Source of the DNA: an uncultured virus (IMG/VR IMGVR_UViG_3300034284_002793) | Taxonomy: Duplodnaviria > Heunggongvirae > Uroviricota > Caudoviricetes | Reading direction: 5' to 3' (one strand) | Virus record (IMG/VR): IMGVR_UViG_3300034284_002793 | Location: 112,628-132,627 of that record | Length of the DNA stretch: 20,000 nt | In this document: piece by piece, positions 16,241 to 20,000 of the stretch | Position numbering within the stretch: position 1 is the stretch's first letter | How the letters are laid out: the number at the start of each line of letters is the position of its first letter | The notes under the pieces: generated by a model | What the model was told of the DNA's origin: nothing | The model's database searches: none | What the model saw: only the letters and a program-made list of their open reading frames with translations | Translations under genes and position numbers: made by a program

Positions 16241-16966
16241 ATGATCACCACACAACTACCTCTACCCATGCGTTGCTCTTCTGATGCTCTCGTTCAGCCA
16301 GAGCTTGAACTCAAGCCTACGCGCAATCCTTCCTACTCTCGCGTCGAACGCTTCTTTGATTCCTTGGATCGTTCGCGTGTTGTGTCATACACCGACTACT
16401 GGAATTCCATTGCGCCCAAAGGAACACAAGATGCAATGTTGCGCTGGCTCTTTGCTTTTATGTCAGTCCATACGAGTTGGAAGTCCAACGTCAACGGCTA
16501 CAACGCAATCAAAACAATGGATTGGTGGCACGATCAACAAGTCCTCCTTAACAAGCTCAAGCATAGTGGCGTTGGCTTGCACAACAATCGCACGAAATTT
16601 GTCTGGCAGTTCCAGAAAAACTTTTGGGGTGATGTCAAAAAGTATTCTCACGCTCCTACGGATTGGCGCGGTCATCGTGACGAGTTGGTTAGCGAAGTGC
16701 TTGGTCTTGGCAAAGCTAAAGTCTCTTTCTCGTTGGAGATGATTCATCCCGACAAGTGCGAAGTTGTCTGCATGGATACTCATATGTTCCAAGCCTACTC
16801 GCTCGACCAAACCAAAGACGAAAAACATTACGATAACATCGAAGCCCATTGGATTTCAATGTGCCGTGCGTATGACGTTCCCTGCTACATTGCGCGTTGC
16901 CTTTACTGGGATGCGATTCAAGACAAGCAGGATTCGCGCTACTGGTCGTATGTTTTTGAAGAATAA
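16241..16966 (+). CDS. Helix-hairpin-helix DNA glycosylase-like protein (Ogg/EndoIII superfamily)
   Basis: LVSEVLGLGKAKVSF HhH-like motif followed by VVCMDTHM with the catalytic-type Asp. Promoter TTGACA(16206)-17-TATTCT-6-ATG. Confidence 0.7.
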   Translation: MITTQLPLPMRCSSDALVQPELELKPTRNPSYSRVERFFDSLDRSRVVSYTDYWNSIAPKGTQDAMLRWLFAFMSVHTSWKSNVNGYNAIKTMDWWHDQQVLLNKLKHSGVGLHNNRTKFVWQFQKNFWGDVKKYSHAPTDWRGHRDELVSEVLGLGKAKVSFSLEMIHPDKCEVVCMDTHMFQAYSLDQTKDEKHYDNIEAHWISMCRAYDVPCYIARCLYWDAIQDKQDSRYWSYVFEE

Positions 16967-17004
16967 TCCTTGCAATCCATTTCAAAATCCAATACATTAA
17001 GAAC

Positions 17005-17229
17005 ATGAACAAAACCACTACCATCATCACCCGCCGTTCACCCTTCACCCAAAAAGTTAACAGGATGGAGATTCCTCTCTCCCATTCGGAGTTTGAGAAG
17101 AGGACAATTCTTTGGCAGTCTGGGATGCTCATTCAAGATGCGTTCCCCATGCTGTCCGCTGATGAGCGCGAGTTCATCAAAACTGGTATCACTCCCGAAG
17201 AGTGGGAACAGATGTTTGGAGAAGACTAA
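17005..17229 (+). CDS. Hypothetical phage protein, 74 aa
   Basis: TTGCAA(16970)-17-TACATT-6-ATG; LIQDAFPxLSADEREFIKTG motif familiar from small phage proteins. Confidence 0.8.
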   Translation: MNKTTTIITRRSPFTQKVNRMEIPLSHSEFEKRTILWQSGMLIQDAFPMLSADEREFIKTGITPEEWEQMFGED

Positions 17230-17250
17230 TATAGAAAGGAGGAAAATATA

Positions 17251-17421
17251 ATGAAACTAATCGAAGGTGCTATTTATAACTACAAAGGGGAAGCTGTTCG
17301 TTTCCGTAAACAGATTGGCGTTGTTGCTTTCTTGTCGCGTCGTAAGCGAGGTTCGTTTGTTGGACGAACTGATTTGCTCAAGAAGGCAAATAAAAAGCAG
17401 GTCGATAAATTCCTCAAATAA
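17251..17421 (+). CDS. Basic hypothetical protein, 56 aa (not in ORF track)
   Basis: AAAGGAGG upstream; MKLIEGAIYNYKGEAVRF...; stop lies 3 nt before element 10. Confidence 0.7.
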   Translation: MKLIEGAIYNYKGEAVRFRKQIGVVAFLSRRKRGSFVGRTDLLKKANKKQVDKFLK

Positions 17422-17424
17422 GCG

Positions 17425-17499
17425 TAAAGCTCTCGTAATCATGGGGTTACGAGGGCGCGCCCCGCCGCGCTGCGTAAGTCGTTGGAAATCAACCACTTG
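17425..17499. repeat. Double-palindrome element, copy 10
   Basis: taaagctctcgtaatcatggggtta + cgagggcgcgccccgccgcgctgcg + taagtcgttggaaatcaaccacttg. Confidence 0.88.
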
Positions 17500-17511
17500 C
17501 GCATTTGTCCT

Positions 17512-17528
17512 TTCAGGAACCGTGCCAA
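17512..17528 (-). promoter_or_regulatory. sigma54-like motif facing element 10
   Basis: Minus strand reads TTGGCACGGTTCCTGAA. Confidence 0.55.
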
Positions 17529-17605
17529 TTCCCAGAAAAATATTTTCAATCAAATTGCAAAAAAAGGTTTGCTCGCTCATACAAAAACACTTATTCTTAT
17601 GAAGT

Positions 17606-18385
17606 ATGAGAAACCTAAACCTAACACTGCACTGCGGCGGTCACGCCGTGGAATCCACCCAAGTTCAGCAAACTCCCACTCCCGCACCCACGGATTCGTG
17701 GATGCCCATCCCGCACTTCGCGCTCATCGAGCGTCTGCGCGAGATCGTCGGTAGTGCTGGCTTGACCATCACGCAAGAGGCGCACGCCCTTGCTCGCAAC
17801 GGCCTTCGCTACTTCGGATTGTTCCAAGTGGCGGGAATCCCCAACTTCTCACAGGAGTCCAACATCGGGACTGTGATCGGCTTGCGCAACTCGCACGACA
17901 AGTCGTTTCCCGCTGGCATCAACGCTGGTTCCGCGCCTTTCGTGTGCGACAACCTCGCGTTTCACAACGAGATCAAAATCGCTCGTCGTCACACCAAGTT
18001 CATCATGCGCGACCTTCCTTCGCTCCTTTCGGGCGCATTCGGAAAGTTGCTCAACACTTGGGGCAACAACGCCAAGCGTATCGAGGCTTACCAGTCTTGC
18101 GCGCTCAAGGACGTTCAAGCGCACGACCTCATCGCCAAGGCTTACCGCTGTGGCGCAGTGAGCAAGACCGCTCTGGCGGACGTTCTCGACCAGTGGCACA
18201 ACCCCGAACACGCCGAGTGGTCGGAGCAGAAGAACCTCTGGGGTCTTCACAACTCCTTCACCAACGTCATGCGCGGAAACGTGCTCGCGTTGCCCAAGCG
18301 TAGCGATGCGCTCCACGGACTTCTCGACCCTATCGCAGGCGTGGCGCTGGCGAGGGCAGAAGACGCCGAGGCCATCACGGTCTAA
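17606..18385 (+). CDS. DUF932-family phage/plasmid protein
   Basis: PIPH...FGL...GLRNSHDKS...G..FVCDNL...RHT motifs typical of DUF932. Confidence 0.8.
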   Translation: MRNLNLTLHCGGHAVESTQVQQTPTPAPTDSWMPIPHFALIERLREIVGSAGLTITQEAHALARNGLRYFGLFQVAGIPNFSQESNIGTVIGLRNSHDKSFPAGINAGSAPFVCDNLAFHNEIKIARRHTKFIMRDLPSLLSGAFGKLLNTWGNNAKRIEAYQSCALKDVQAHDLIAKAYRCGAVSKTALADVLDQWHNPEHAEWSEQKNLWGLHNSFTNVMRGNVLALPKRSDALHGLLDPIAGVALARAEDAEAITV

Positions 18386-18400
18386 ATTCTGAGACGCACA

Positions 18401-18438
18401 AAAGGGCTTGGCAGGGCAACCTGTCAAGTCTTTTTTTT
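18401..18438 (+). terminator. Intrinsic terminator
   Basis: ggcttggcagg-gcaa-cctgtcaagtc hairpin followed by T8. Confidence 0.85.
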
Positions 18439-18457
18439 GCAAAAATTCATTGTTGTG

Positions 18458-18532
18458 TAAGTCATTGAATATCAAGCACTTGCGCCGCCGCGCCCAGCTG
18501 CCCAGCGTAAGTCTTTGATTGTCAAGGGTTTA
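18458..18532. repeat. Double-palindrome element, copy 11
   Basis: taagtcattgaatatcaagcacttg + 25-nt core + taagtctttgattgtcaagggttta. Confidence 0.9.
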
Positions 18533-18596
18533 CATTTTAATGCAAAAAATATCTTGACCGCACACGCAAAAGACTTTATTGTCATTATATCACCAC

Positions 18597-18923
18597 ATGA
18601 AACTATCAGAAATTCAAGCCATTGCAAACCTCACAGCAAAATTCCTCGGACTCCCAATCAAACCCAAGGCCGAAATTACTACCAATAAACGAGGCCGCGC
18701 CTACACCACGCAGGGCCGCTTCAATATTCCAGAGTGGGCCTTCAAGCACGGAGAAAAGTTTGTCATATACTATGTTGTGCATGAAGTCTGCCACTTTTAC
18801 GGAGGAACATTAGATCACGGCAAACTCTTTTGTCAAGTCGAAGACCGCGCATTAAAATTTTGGGGGCTTTACATTCAACGCAAAAAAGTTTATCCTAATC
18901 CACAATCAATCTACAAACTATGA
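18597..18923 (+). CDS. Small zincin metallopeptidase-like protein (SprT/YgjP-like)
   Basis: YYVVHEVCH...DHGKLF (HExxH plus distal His). Confidence 0.75.
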   Translation: MKLSEIQAIANLTAKFLGLPIKPKAEITTNKRGRAYTTQGRFNIPEWAFKHGEKFVIYYVVHEVCHFYGGTLDHGKLFCQVEDRALKFWGLYIQRKKVYPNPQSIYKL

Positions 18924-19168
18924 GCAAAAATACCTGCCCTGCTGATTACGATGGCGAAATGCTTGTTATCGGTGGCTATGTAAAATACGATGGAAAGACT
19001 TGGGAAGTCCTTGACTACGAAGATTCCGAACAGCCATACTTTGATGATAACTACACGGAACATAGTATTCTTTTATTGGCTTGCCGCTCGCAAGAGGAAG
19101 ACAATATTTGGATACCAGATTATGAGGTAGAGCAAACTGAATATCAGCAATTGTGTTTTGAACTATGA
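18920..19168 (+). CDS. Acidic hypothetical protein, 82 aa
   Basis: ATGA-coupled to the upstream gene. Confidence 0.7.
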   Translation: MSKNTCPADYDGEMLVIGGYVKYDGKTWEVLDYEDSEQPYFDDNYTEHSILLLACRSQEEDNIWIPDYEVEQTEYQQLCFEL

Positions 19169-19247
19169 AAAATATCGTTCTATTTGTCGCTCTACCTATC
19201 ACTATTTGTGTCTGGTCGTTCACTATTTATGGAGTAATTAAATTTTT

Positions 19248-19320
19248 GGGGTGGTAGCTCAATGGTTAGAGCGTGCGGCTCATAATCGCTTGGTTGTCGG
19301 TTCGAATCCGACCCGCCCCA
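19248..19320 (+). tRNA. tRNA with CAT anticodon, probably Ile2 (lysidine type) rather than Met
   Basis: Acceptor ggggtgg/ccgcccc; loop ctCATaa. The CTCATAATCGCTTGGT stretch resembles bacterial tRNA-Ile2; the paired 1-72 position argues against an initiator. Confidence 0.88.
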
Positions 19321-19395
19321 CATCTATTTGAAAATCAAGCACTTACAGATGAGTGCCCCGCCGCGCCGCGTAAGTCGTTGATATTCAATGGCTTA
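19321..19395. repeat. Double-palindrome element, copy 12, abutting the tRNA 3' end
   Basis: catctatttgaaaatcaagcactta + 25-nt core + taagtcgttgatattcaatggctta. Confidence 0.85.
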
Positions 19396-19439
19396 CAAAA
19401 ACACTTGACACCAATCGCAACCTGTGATACATTTAGAGG

Positions 19440-19604
19440 ATGAACACTACTATTGCATCCTGTCGTGAACAAATCCAAGAGGACTTGATTTGCTTGCTTG
19501 AAGCTGCGAATAATCTTGGCCTCAAAGAACATCTTGAAGAAGTCACTACGCTGGCCTGTAAAATTGTGGTTGACAACTTCAAAAAACTTGAGAAGATAAG
19601 CTAA
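19440..19604 (+). CDS. Hypothetical protein, 54 aa (not in ORF track)
   Basis: TTGACA(19405)-17-TACATT-6-ATG; TAATG overlap with the next gene. Confidence 0.7.
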   Translation: MNTTIASCREQIQEDLICLLEAANNLGLKEHLEEVTTLACKIVVDNFKKLEKIS

Positions 19605-19867
19605 TGAACGACTACAAACTACCCAAAGACGCCTACTCTGCTGCTCGCTATGACGAGTTACACTTTGCTGTTGCCCACTATGGCACAGCCATGCACCGAA
19701 ACCTTTGGGACTTGCTTGTTGACGCTGGCTTGAGCAAGCGACAAATCTTTTCCCAATACATGAAGGTTCTTCGTGTGACTACGGCTGTAAATAAAGACAT
19801 TCTCTATTGTGTAGGGACTGGTAATTTTTCAATCAAACCTGTTGACAAAAAGAGCAAAACCCTATAA
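19604..19867 (+). CDS. Hypothetical protein, 87 aa
   Basis: TAATG-coupled ORF. Confidence 0.65.
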   Translation: MNDYKLPKDAYSAARYDELHFAVAHYGTAMHRNLWDLLVDAGLSKRQIFSQYMKVLRVTTAVNKDILYCVGTGNFSIKPVDKKSKTL

Positions 19868-19875
19868 TATCAAAA

Positions 19876-20000
19876 ATGATGAAAACGCTAAACGCACTAA
19901 TCAAAACCGACGAGTCCATCACCGCAGTTCTTGATGGAGTTCCCAAGACGATGAGTTGTAACCATCCGTCTTTCACCGAGGCGATCACTTGCCTCGCTAC
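19876..20000 (+). CDS. 3'-truncated gene, possibly an rIIB-like N-terminus
   Basis: MMKTLNALIKTDESITAVLDGVPKTMSCNHPSF resembles my recollection of rIIB-like N-termini. TTGACA(19842) promoter upstream. Only ~41 codons are visible. Confidence 0.4.
   Translation, partial: MMKTLNALIKTDESITAVLDGVPKTMSCNHPSFTEAITCLA

Noticed and set aside
19165..19257. 30-aa hydrophobic ORF (and a similar 21-aa ORF near 12892)
   Set aside because: Plausibly real, since both have ATGA overlaps with neighbours, but too short to support; the first also overlaps the tRNA 5' end.
7129..19395. CRISPR array or mini-arrays (repeat-spacer-repeat look)
   Set aside because: The 25-nt cores are similar to one another rather than unique, the repeats vary within a pair, copies are separated by genes, and no cas gene is in the window.
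7129..19395. Elements as intrinsic terminators or Xer dif sites
   Set aside because: There are no U-tracts after the stems, and a proper terminator (18401-18438) already precedes copy 11. The palindromes lack the XerD-arm TTATGTTAAAT and the 11-6-11 layout.
6469..19532. Minus-strand and alternative-frame ORFs in the track (e.g. 7235-7693, 8722-9063, 15046-15555, 15146-15466, 17849-18475)
   Set aside because: They overlap better-supported plus-strand genes, repeat elements or the structured RNA region, and lack promoter or start support.
1..20000. Stop-codon reassignment as in some large phages
   Set aside because: Long genes read intact in the standard code, TAA, TGA and TAG all end well-packed genes, and no suppressor tRNA is seen.

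Overview
This is most likely part of a large dsDNA phage genome, with two compositionally distinct halves. Bases 1-6150 are AT-rich. They hold a 5'-truncated and a 1261-aa (S/T)G-rich probable virion or tail-fibre protein, a 431-aa probable tail protein, and a convergent LpxH/YbbF-like metallophosphoesterase. Bases ~6500-20000 are a more GC-balanced, all-plus-strand, early-type region of about 35 mostly small genes (GP88-like, WYL-like, HhH DNA glycosylase-like, DUF932, HExxH metallopeptidase, possible rIIB) and four tRNAs (Asp, Lys, Cys, CAU). Main observations: (1) Twelve dispersed copies of a 75-bp element, each two 25-bp palindromes exactly 50 bp apart around a GC-rich core, mostly sitting on gene stop codons or tRNA 3' ends. 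(2) Six copies carry an antisense sigma54-like -24/-12 motif at invariant distance, with predicted +1 at the element edge. (3) At least 17 sigma70-like promoters place the ATG at about the transcription start, implying leaderless mRNAs. (4) A ~740-nt hairpin-dense region with no convincing ORF lies between the WYL-like gene and tRNA-Cys, with pseudoknot and kissing-loop potential, and is a candidate large ncRNA. Protein family calls are motif recognition by eye; no searches were run and the host cannot be determined from this window.
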